DNA of 62,975 nt, counting the filler, from Atractiella rhizophila (lineage: Eukaryota), in assembly GCA_021432655.1 (NCBI GenBank). It is 3 parts of 3 records of this genome, joined end to end, with 100 filler letters (N's around TTAATTAATTAA, not from the genome) between each part and the next. Parts side by side here need not be neighbours in the genome. Positions count along the whole stretch, not along the records: positions 46,832 to 62,975 come from MU271734.1; 2 more parts are not named here. The stretch is one strand, 5' to 3'. Every line of letters begins with the position of its first letter. Positions within the stretch are counted from its first letter, which is position 1. Below are positions 49,716-60,635 of this stretch, piece after piece. The translations under genes and the position numbers were made by a program. The notes under the pieces were generated by a model, which saw nothing but the letters and a program-made list of their open reading frames with translations, did not search any database and had not been told where the DNA came from.

Positions 49716-52092
49716 ATGATGTCCAGACTCGCGAGGTGGCTTGTCCCTGCTCTTCTTAGTCGCAGCCTCGCCTTTCCTTCTGGAACTGTAAACCAACTGG
49801 TTCTGCAATCATCAGGGCCAGAAACAACAGTCTTTCACCACGGGGCGACGTGTGAGTAGTCCTTCAGCCGATACATCTCCCAAAAAAATTTGAGTGCTTG
49901 ACACGGAGAGACTGCAATTTACTGTCTTGAGCCGAACTCACGGTCCAAAGATGAGCGACTATCGTGGTGCTTGTCGTGGCCCGCGCCAATAAAACGTGAT
50001 TCTATTCACGACAGCCTTTTCATGCCCATGACAGCAAGATGTCCCTGTGTGCGAGCTTTGAACTGACTGGGACCCACGTTAGACGAGCTTGTTACACACT
50101 CGACTTTCCCCGATTACGCGCTCAAACTCAAGCAACCGAAGTTGTGTGATACGTCTGTCAAGCAGTACAGCGGATACTTTGACGTCGGAGTGAAGCACCA
50201 TCTCTTCTTTTGGTATTTTGAAAGTCGATCGGATCCCGTTAACGACCCAGTCAGTTTCTCTGCTTTACGGATCGTGAGTTGTGCAAGCACTCACCACTCT
50301 CTTACAGCTCGTTCTTTGGTTGAATGGCGGCCCTGGTTGCTCTTCTTTCACAGGTGTGATTCATGTTGTTGATGAGACCACGCTGATGGGAGCGAAGGTC
50401 TTCTTACCGAACTGGGACCGTGCAACATTCAGGAGGGAGGCAATGGAACAGATTACAATGAGTGGGGATGGAGTGAGTCTCCTTTACCGTGACGTCGAAG
50501 CGTCCACTCATAATTCTTTTGATAATAGATGAACATGCAAACTTGATATTCCTCGATCAACCCGTCAACGTTGGATACTCTTGGACTGAGGGTGAACTGG
50601 TCTACGACTCCAACGAGGCGGGCAAAGACTTCTATGCTTTCCTTCAACTATTTTATTCTCGCTTTTCCCAGCTCCAAAAGAATAACTTCGTCATTGCCGG
50701 AGAGTCATATGGAGGTTCGTCGCGTATTGCTTGCGAAAGAAGAACTGAAATAATGCCTGCAGGTGCTTATATACCTGTTTTTTCGAGGCACATTTGGGAC
50801 CGGAATGAAGAACTGGTATTGTCCTCCTTCCCTGCTAAGCTGTTCTCACTTTCAAGTGGCAGAGGACTCTTCAAGTTCAGGAGAGGCAGGATGTGATTGA
50901 AATTCCTTTAGAGTCTATCATGATAGGAAACGGCTTGACGTTCGTTATCTCCTGCACTGGTCTGAGCCTCACCGAATAAATTACCCAGGGACGTTGTAAA
51001 GCAAGCGAAGGGCTCGTACATATACGGTTGTGAGTCGCCGTACGCGATGCTGAATAGTGAGCTGCTATTTGATCACAGGTTATGACACTGAGATTCTTCG
51101 TAGAAACGCAGTGTGATTTGATGGCCAAATACGTTCCCATTTGCGAACAACTGTTGAAGATTTGCCAAGACGAACCATCGAATCGAACATGGTCAGTCCA
51201 TCATTACTCCCCCTCCGCAGCCCTGACGGCCAACCGTAGCGAAGCCGTCTCTCCCGTCTGCGATTTGTCTGATGTCCCCTGGATGGAATTACACATCAAC
51301 CCATACGATATTCGAAAAACGTGCGACATGAACAAGGGAATTGAAGGTAAGTCGATAGCCTTCGCCCTTAATCATGTTTGATGGTACTGGCTTTTTAGAT
51401 TGCGCTCAAGGCTTGCATTCCGTCAACGCATTCTTGAATAAACCTGGGACAAAGAAAGAGCTCGGCGTTCCCGACCATGTAACCTTCACGTCATGCAACC
51501 TCGAAGTGGGAATGACATTCGCCGCGCACTTCGATGTCGTCGCTGACCACTCAAAGTTTCTAATCAAAATGCTCGCTGAAGGTCTGAGAGTTCTGTTATA
51601 CATCGGAGAGGAAGATCTCGTTTGTATGCCCTCATTCCCTACTCGCTTACAAGATTGGAGTAATAGATTTTTGCAGGCAACTATGAGGGTAATTTTCTGT
51701 GGGCAAAGGATTTGGAAAGTATCTTCAAAGTTCGGATATCCGCTCCAATAAATCCCTCGCCAATCTTACCTTGGCCTTGTAGAAAGAATTCAACAACGCT
51801 CCAGTGAAAGACTTCGTCCCTGCATTGGTGGGAAAGAAGCAAGGGACCGTCCGAACAGTTGGTACGTCAAGCTTTACGTGCATTTCAACATCGACATCCA
51901 AATAATGAATTTATAGGACCTGGTGCCGGAAACTTTACGTTTTTAACCATTGAAGATGCGGGACATATGGTGACAAGCTTCTTTCGCGACTTTGATGCAG
52001 CACTCATTTTATATAAACAGGTTCCCGGAGACAACCCTGTCGCAGCTCTGGATATGCTGAGGCGCTGGCTTAAAAATCAGCCGCTGTATTGA
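49716..52092 (+). CDS. Serine carboxypeptidase, family S10 (CPY-like), secreted or vacuolar
   Basis: Signal peptide; [53 protein letters not shown] (Ser), [22 protein letters not shown] (Asp) and DAGHMVP (His). Confidence 0.93.
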
Positions 52093-52394
52093 GCCTGGTA
52101 GTGAAATAACATGCTTGCGATGTCCTGTCCTCTGCATGAATATGCAAGAACTCGAGGGTATACCCTTTCCGATTTTGGGAACAGCAGCATCACCCTTTCT
52201 TTGGGATCAATGATTTCTTCAAATTAAACCAGTTGGGCCGTGACGAGTGATTTATCACCTGAAGCTGAAGCATATATTAAGAGGAGTGGTCAACATTGTA
52301 ATCACAAACCGCATTTCAGGCAAGGCAAGACACGAGCTTAAGAGCACAAGCGAAACACGAAACACTAATGAGTCGACGACAGTAAAACGTTTGA

Positions 52395-55300
52395 TCACTT
52401 TCTGGCTCTAGTCTTCTTCCTCGGTCGATCTTCTTCCTCGCTATCGTCTACTGGTATGATTTCGTCCTCATCATCACTGTCAGTAACAACCATCTTCTTC
52501 TTGGCTGCGCTTGCAGCGGCTCGTGTACCTTTCCCCCGCGTTGTGGGTGCAGGTTGGGAGTCTAGTTGTGACTGTTTACTTGTGGTGGCTTTCTTGGCTG
52601 GTGCCTTTTTAGTTGTCGTGCTGTTTTCAGTGATTTCATTAACAGTTGTAAATGCTGATGATGCGGAGGACGAACGTCTTTTTGGCTGGAGCCTTCTTTT
52701 TCGGCTTAGGATCCGACTCCTCTTCTGATTCAGATCGTAGCTGTACGTTTTCTTCAACAAAATACTGTGTGTCAGACGGCGGTGTGGACGCACAAGCTGT
52801 TCTTTCTTCCCTTTGGCCTTGGTAGTAGTACTCTTTGCTTTGGCAGTCGTAGCCTTAGCCTTGCCTTTCCCTTTTCTTGGTGGCTCAGAGTCAACCGACA
52901 TCTTGTCGAACTCAGAGCCGGAGTCCTCTTCCATGGAGTCTATCGCTTTGCTCGATTTTCCCTTCCCAGCCTATTCAAGACCATCAGCAATGTTGGAGTC
53001 ATTCTCCACGGGAGCGTACTCGATTCTTCCTGCGTTCTTCCCTCTTTTGTTCTACTTCTTCGTTCATTTTGTCTTTCACGCGCGACATCTATCTGTTGTC
53101 AGTTGACATGGTGGTAGGTGAAACTAATAACGAACTTCATTCACTATCTCATCCTCACTGCCAGCTTCCTCCTCCTCCTCCTCTTCTTCCTCTTCTTCCT
53201 CATCGTCGTCCTTCTCAACTCGACGCTTCTCTTTCCCTTTCGCCTTCCCGTCCAAAAGATTATTGGAAATTCCTTTTCTTTGGCCCTTCAATGATTCTTT
53301 GAGACAGCTAGGAATCCCGGATGAATGGTCGCATCAAAGAACGGGGGCACGGCAACTCACTTTTTCAAGGCATCTTTCTCATCCTTCTCCACGAAGTCTT
53401 CAATCGCCTCTTCCATTTTCTTTTCTGGTAAGATACCCAAGTTTTGAGCTTGTAAATATTGCCTGACTAGAGTGGCGACTTGAATTTTCTCCTTCCTCTC
53501 TGGTGGTTCATCATCGTCCTCCGCTTCTTCAGCATCAGGTTGGTCGATAGAAACTTTGTCCTTTTTGGCTGCCAACGTCATCATCGTCAGTATTAGTCGT
53601 GCGGCCAAGAACGAAAGGCATACTCGCGCCTTTCCGCCGCTTATAAAACTGCACAATATCCCGCGGATTCGCTACCCGGTCTGCAAAGTCTTGCCCAAAC
53701 CGCTGGGGATTTCCAACCTCATAATTACCACCGTCCTTTTTCGTGAACTCAACCTTTTGTCATTTATTAAGACACGTTCTCACTGCAAAAACATGGACAC
53801 ACCTTAAGTCTTATAAGCGGGAGCATCATCTCCGTCTGCTCTTCGTCATCGGCATGTAGATCCTCCCATCTTTTCCTTGCCTTTTCGATCAAAGCTTCCA
53901 CCTTTTGTTTGAGGAACTTGTTCACTTCCGCTTTCGTCTTGAAATCCAAACCGTTCTCTTCTTCTTCCCAAGAAAGCACGACGTTGTCAATCACGAATGG
54001 ACGGACAGTTTTGAGCGTGATCGGTTGTATCTGAAAGTCGCTTCCTCTAATCGTAAGGATAGCAACTTGCCTACACAGAAATCAAATGCCAGCACGTAAA
54101 TCAGAACGTCAGTTCAAGAACCATTCAGGGAACAAGACTGCGGCACGACGCACTTGTCACCAGCCTCCCCCTCTGCAAGCGATGTAGCAATCGAACTTCC
54201 CGGCTGAGATATATGGTAATTCTTTCCAGCGACCGGTTCAGGCTGAATACGATTGTCGTGCTCATGCCCCCAAATGATAAGGTCGACTTCGTCGCCAAAA
54301 CCGTTCTCTGGCACAAAGTTACCAGGTCCGCGAGGTACACTTTACCACGAAGTCCATCAGTTACGGTTTCTCAAAGTAACGACAGAACACAAGGTAGAAA
54401 GGGCAGATTGACGAACCGATTTTGATGTATGAGCACCAGGTTGAAATATTCATCAGCTCCTTCCTGCGGCCTAAACATGCTAATCCTTCCATTTTTCATC
54501 TCATAATGAAATCTCTCGTCCCGTATGTTCCCAATGCCATACATGGCCAACTTTGACTTCCCCTTCTGCAGTAGGATTGGTTTCAGCTATATTACAAGCA
54601 AAAATGTGTAAGTCGATATGTCACAGAGCAGAACAAAGGGGACGCACTCGAATTCCACTCTGCAAAGCCGCCGCGTCGTCCACTGCCGTTCCCGGAAGCT
54701 CCAAGCGACCGAAGTAGTTGATCACTCCTGCAGCGGAGAGCAGGTCCAGGGCACACAGAGCGCCTTCCTACCCCGTTTAATATCATCAAGTTCAATTATG
54801 TCCCTCGAGACGGAGAGAAGGGAGCGAAAGAAAGAATTGAGCAGAAAATGCTCACCGGTCCTGCTCCTTGTGGATCATCGTGATTTCCATGTATAGAGAA
54901 GATGGGAAGGCCAACGTTGAGGTTCTGATCTTCATAATTGATAGGCGGAAAGCTACCCACCAATTTCAATTGAATGATTGAACCATCCGGCAAGACAGTG
55001 GAATAGATACGTGAATTCGCTTGTAATGCCCACTCCGGCATCCGACAACAACTCGACAGAAACCGGGCGACTGTTGAAAGAATACTCGCGTAATAAGGAC
55101 ATCACTTGCCAGAGCGAAGAGGAGAACGGTTTGTTTTCGTGAAATAGATCGCCGGCAAGGAGGACAAAGTCGACCTTCAAGAGAGGTCAGCTCTTCAGTT
55201 CAGTGGGTAGTAGCAAACAATTTCGCGTGTTTCATGGAACAACAATGCAAAAGAGATGATATGACAAACATGGGAAGTACAGACGGGATAAATTGACAAC

Positions 55301-55879
55301 GTACACCCGACGCAACTGGCCTGGCTTGTGTGTACATGCCGCTTTACGATAAAGTGGACGGCAGTGGCTCTGATTCTCATATGCGCGCATGCTTTCAAAC
55401 GCCCTTGCGAAAGTAGAAGCTAATGGCACATATTTGACTTCAGGCGCCATCCCACGATAAGGAAGCTTTGTACAGGCTCCAAAGAGATTGTAGGTCCCAC
55501 TCTGTGAAGCATATTTCATGCTCGAACTAACTTCCATTCCAGCCCAAAGAGGAAGACAAGCATCGAGAAAACGCACATCCTTCTCTCTTCCAATCTCTAA
55601 AATTTCCTTAAAAGTATTGATACTATCCCTTCCCCTGACCGGATCCTTCTCCATATATCCGATGTGGTTGTCGGTTGCAATCAAAATCTACAAACAAGCC
55701 ACGACACATCAATTAACACCACCGTTCGTTCAGACAGGCTATAGACGACAAACTCTGAAGCTGTCCTCTAGCACCAAGTTGGAAAGTTCTCTCCTCAGAA
55801 CTGTGGGATTGGAAGGAGGTGCCTCTGAGCCTCGACGCGTGCCCGACGCGGAGGGAGAGCGTGTGCGTGAACGCGGCAT
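52395..55879 (-). CDS. MRE11: Double-strand break repair nuclease Mre11
   Basis: Phosphoesterase motifs [31 protein letters not shown] and WGHEH, plus [17 protein letters not shown] and LPLIRLKV. Confidence 0.96.
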
Positions 55880-56162
55880 ATTGTCTTTTGTTCTCGGAGT
55901 AGACCTTTGTGATATATTGCACTGCAGAGAACGAGAGGTCGAATTGGAGAGGTCTTGGTCGTCTTTCGTTTCTTTCTTTGTGTTGGGAGTCGATCAAGTC
56001 AAATATTTGCGTTCGGACCTTTTGTAGATCACATGACCTAGCTTCGTCTGGTAAGCAATAATAAGCAACATCCAGCAACAGCTCACGAATGCCACATAGT
56101 CCTGTCGCGTTTCATCAGATTGTACATCCAGTTCTGAGATTGCCTCTGATACTACTTGCTCT

Positions 56163-58738
56163 ATGCCTGCCCCTCTCCACCGCGGTCAAGCCTGTGTTCA
56201 GTGCAGGAAAAAGAAGATCAAATGCTCAGGTCCTTCGAGCGACCAGGAGAATACAGCATGCGAGGCTTGTATTTCTCGAGGGACAGCGAAAAAGTGTGCA
56301 TTCGACTCGAAGCCTCGTTGGTTGGGGAAGCGGAGTCCGCGGACGAGGAGGAGGATACAAGTGTGAGAGCTTTACAGGAGAGAATAAGTGTGTTTCTCAC
56401 TTTTACTGTAATTACCATCTGAAGAAAGGCTAGAGACGCTGGAGCAAGAGCTAGAAGCGATTACTGGTGCACCTGGTATTCGACGGAGACAACATAACAC
56501 CCCTGAAGAGTCAACAGCTGATATTGAGACCGATCCAGTTCAAGCTGCTTTTCTTCTCTCACACCAACACCATCCCTTCGCTTCTTCTTCATCCACACCT
56601 ATTTCCGTAGTACAAATACGAACCGCTTTCGGCATGGGCTCTCCAAGTAACGCTCCTGCAACACTTCTGCCGCGACTTCAAGACCTCGAGCCTCCTGATC
56701 CGCTTATGGAAGCTGAGAGAGAAGGGATGTTGATGCGAACTGAGATGGATTTAGGGTTGACGGAGAAGAATGGGATGCCTCTTTATTCGCTCGCAAGGGG
56801 AGCAGGAGGAGGCAGGAATACGGACGAAGAGAAATTTGCCAAATTTCGCAGTTTTCCTTCGGACGTCCCCAATCTGGGAATTCTACTTTCTTTGCGAGTA
56901 TAGTTCGCCATTTGGTGATGAATGTGCTGATATTATTGAGACAGGATCAATGGATATTTTTCATGTCGACGCGTGATGCTGCTCCCGTTCTCTCTCCCCC
57001 GGTTTCTTGAACGCCTGTCCCTGGAATCTTCACATATCGACTCTCCCCATCCATCTCTATTACATGCCATAGCTTTTCAAGCCCTCAAATATTCTCCTTC
57101 CCCTACCATAAATCAGCTTTCGCAATGGGGCAAGTACTGGAAGCACACCGGTCCAGGATCTTTGGACGGAGTCATAGTGGGGGAAGGAGGGGAACGGGAA
57201 CTTGCGATGCTTTATCACTTGGGATGGGGGAGGTGGTGGATCAGGAAGTGGATGCAAGATTTGTATCTTCCAGAAAAGCCTGTATGCCTCTGTACATCTT
57301 GTGTCGAGGAGGACCTAAGATGCTGAACAGGTGCATAGAGAGATATCCTGTGGGCACGGATGTGCTTGGATTGTGTGACAGATTTAGAAGAACTTCCATC
57401 GTATGCATTTTCCCTACGTCCTCTCTGGTTGGGGGGACCACTCTGAGCAAGACTAGATTTGGTTCAGTAGTCAACATCGACCAATGCCTACGATTGTCTG
57501 TCTGCTTCCAATTTCACGCACGTTCCTTTCTGCACTCTCTTAAACGTTTGCTGACTTGAGATATAGACCTTCGCTCTTGGCACTTTCACGAAGGAGGAGA
57601 TGTTTGAGAGGTTCGTGTTCCGTTTCTGACTTATTTCTGTCCTTCATGGCTGAGCTGCACCGTAAAGAGCAGGGACGTTTTGGACTCTACTCACCCTGGA
57701 CGTATTTGCGCGGTCACAGCTACTCCTTTCTTCGTCGATTCCCGAAAGTTTGTCTCGCTTTCTCCATGCATCTAAACCTAACGGTAAATAGATGTATATG
57801 ACTCCCTTCCACTGCTTCAGCAGGAGACACAGAAAGCAACAGAGGCGTTGTTTTTGCGATCTGAAAAGTTTTGGACGACTAATTCGGAAGAAAATGGCTT
57901 CATGAATAGTAGGTTATTGGTGAAGGTCTGCGTCCTCTGGTCTAGTACGCACTGCCACATTCCTCCTAATAGATTTTCTCAACGTAAATCAGGAACCATT
58001 GATTTTCGTTTGCGTCTGCCTTACAAGAAAGACGAGACAGCGATACGGTCGGTCGCCTACCTTCTGCTTCAAGCCAAACCTTGTTCCGTGCTAAAGGACA
58101 GATAGCCGAAGACTGCAGACACTGGATACCACGCATCGCAAATTCTGGCACGCTTTCCCGTCTCGTTTCTTCCCCGAACGAATAAGCACAGAACCCCCAC
58201 CGGAGCTCGAACTGTGGTGGTGGATGCGGTTTGCGCCTCACGCCATCTTTCACGCGTGAGACCAGGTTCTCATACCTCATGCAGTTCTCAGGGCTAATAA
58301 GCTTGCAGATCAACCATCATGTTACACGAACCATTTGTCACTCCAGACAAGACCCGAATCAGCTTCCAACGAACATTCGAGTCTTCCCAAGCACTCGTCA
58401 GCCTCCTTCTTCCTCCCAAGTCCCATCCTTCGCGCACGGCTCCTCTTTTTGATCTTCCTCGCCTTTCCCAAGTCTCAGTTCTCTCCTACGCTTATGCCAT
58501 CGGTCTACAAGGACTCTGTCGTTGTGTTGCCTTCCTCAGGATGGGCGGAGATTTGAAAGAGAGTGCAAAGGTTAAAGAGGTGGTGATTGAAGCGTGCGCG
58601 ATCGTGTGCAAAGTGAAGGAAGAATTGCATTGGCTCAGTAAGACTGCAAGGGATATCTTGACGGTTTATCAGAGGGGAAATACACTGGATGAAGACACGA
58701 TTGGTCTGGTCTTAACGAGTAGAAGCTTGGGAGCCTAG
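56163..58738 (+). CDS. Zn(II)2Cys6 transcription factor with an apparent frameshift near 56334
   Basis: RGQACVQCRKKKIKC...CEAC......C cluster; coiled coil VRALQERI/KTLEQEL in another frame; middle region with PHPSLLHAI and LHEPF. Multi-exon, stop at 58738. Confidence 0.8.
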
Positions 58739-59588
58739 GTGAGTTTTTTTTGAGAGCGTGCGCAGGAAAGTTGACTACACATTATTAAGAGAAAACAAAT
58801 CAAGGTTTGGAGCGATCAGATTTGTCGTCCAACTGAAGACTAGGCTGAAGTCGCTTGCGTGACCTCATGAGTTGGGTTTAAAGGTGTGATTTCCTCATCG
58901 ACTCTGCGTCGATGCCATATGCCTCGCTGCGACAACTCACCGAGAGGAAGATGCAAGAAGGTAGAAACCTCGAAATATGTATACAACTTGTAATTCCGTT
59001 AGCCTACACTTTCCGATGGAATTCACTGCCTAGCATCCTCCATATCATCTAAGGGTTTATCTGAAGAGACATGACAGCGGGCTGAGCGTCGTTCACATGT
59101 ACCTTTGAGATTCGATTGCAGCAGCCGCTTCTCCTGTCTTTATAGGCATGTCCTTGTCCACTGAGCCGATGTTATCTTCTTCTAGGAAAGGAAACGCGCT
59201 GGCGTAGATTCGATCGGCCAACGTGAGCCAAAGATTGCAATTTTCCAACAAGGCAAAGTAAGGATGGATCAATCAGGTGAGGACCGTGTATCATTCCAAG
59301 AGGAGTCTTCTGGCAGGTAGTAGATTTTGCGGATTGGGCAATCCGCCACAGGATTCCCAGATCATCTTTACCCAACTATCCTCCAAATATTGGCCTGTCG
59401 AAATCATTTACAGACGTTCCACAAAGAAGGTCGAAATTGAGATTGGAATGATAATTCCAACGGGAGTTCACCAAATCCAACAAGCCTGCTTTAAGAAGTC
59501 GTTGTCTTGCCGCAGTAAGTTGAGTCTAGTAAGCTTCGGAAATTTATTGTCAGTCAACATCGATAGCGATAGTAACCAGGGGGTCAGA

Positions 59589-60537
59589 ATGAGCTCTCAG
59601 TTCAACCTAGACGAGGAAAGTCTTCTTTTAATCTGTCTCTGTCTTCTTATCGACCTAAGAAAACAGGAAGTCCGCCCATTCCCGCCGAACGAGCGTGAAC
59701 GGTTCAATTCTCTCTCAACACTTTATTCGATCCTCGTGTCCCTTAATTTTCTCGAAAAGGCGTACATTAGGGACAGCATCACGCCTCCGCAGTTTGTATC
59801 CTATCTTTGACGTGACCCCTTATTCAGGTAGAAGTATAGGTATACACCAGCATGTACAAGACTTCTTGCCAGGTACAAAACCATAACCCGTCTCTTGCAC
59901 GAACAGCAGGACTTCAGGAGCGTGGATGCTTTTTGCGCAGAATATCGTGTTTGCCTCTCCTCTCCGTGCACAAGAACAAGGCCTAACCTACCTGCCGGAT
60001 GACTGCAGCTCGATGTACCTGCAGCCTCCCATCGCGTCCGAGTTGGCGTGCCAGCGACCGTGGAGCACAGCGCTGAGGAGGGGATAGAGACTGCTAAGTG
60101 GGTGGCAGAGACGACACATGTAGACAAGATGCCTACATGCTGGTACCCTTATTAACTCGTGATTAGAATTTCATCACCATTATGGACGCTCTCAAGCTCA
60201 ATCTTCGAGCGAAGGACCAACTGCATCACTTACTCACAGACCTTATTTCTTCCTATTCGCGATTCAAGAACTCTGGAGAGTGGGAAGGGCGTCCTAAGAT
60301 TCTCTCTTGGTCCGTCCGTCTGCTCCATTACAGGCAGGTGCATGCTAATACGCTCCTTTCGGGGTAGGTTGATCACTCTCAATCAGATGCGTGCGTCAGA
60401 TGAGATTTCCGAAGATCAATCAAGGCAGATGTTCTTCGACCTCGAAAGAGCTTACAATGAGGCACGTCTTCTAATCTTTGCCTTCCCTGAAATGTCGTAA
60501 CTGATGGATGAGACAGTTTTTCTCTGCTCTGGGTTGA
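59589..60537 (+). CDS. VPS28: ESCRT-I subunit Vps28
   Basis: NLDE/EVR, LYSILVSLNFLEKAYIRD, YTPACTRLLARYK, RVRVGVPATVEH, FITIMDALKLNLRAKDQLH, W/LITLNQMRASDEI and RQMFFDLERAYNE/F. Confidence 0.95.
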
Positions 60538-60635
60538 TTTGCAGTCGTCTAAATTTCTACATCTCTCTTGTGTGTAATAACAATCTCGATTCAAGACTTT
60601 TAGATCCTTCATGCTTCCACCTAGAGTTAAGCGAA

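Larger units (their letters stand above)
46832..50707. repeat. Duplicated ~1.1-kb segment (46832-47933 vs 49608-50707), offset ~2774 bp
   Basis: Both start GCTTCAAGTTAG and end GCCGGAGAGTCA. Differences and small indels are mostly in the promoter and introns. Confidence 0.95.

Noticed and set aside
58740..59580. Possible decayed minus-strand gene, and 5' extension of the ORF overlapping VPS28
   Set aside because: The fragments contain stops, and the conserved Vps28 sequence begins at ATG 59589.
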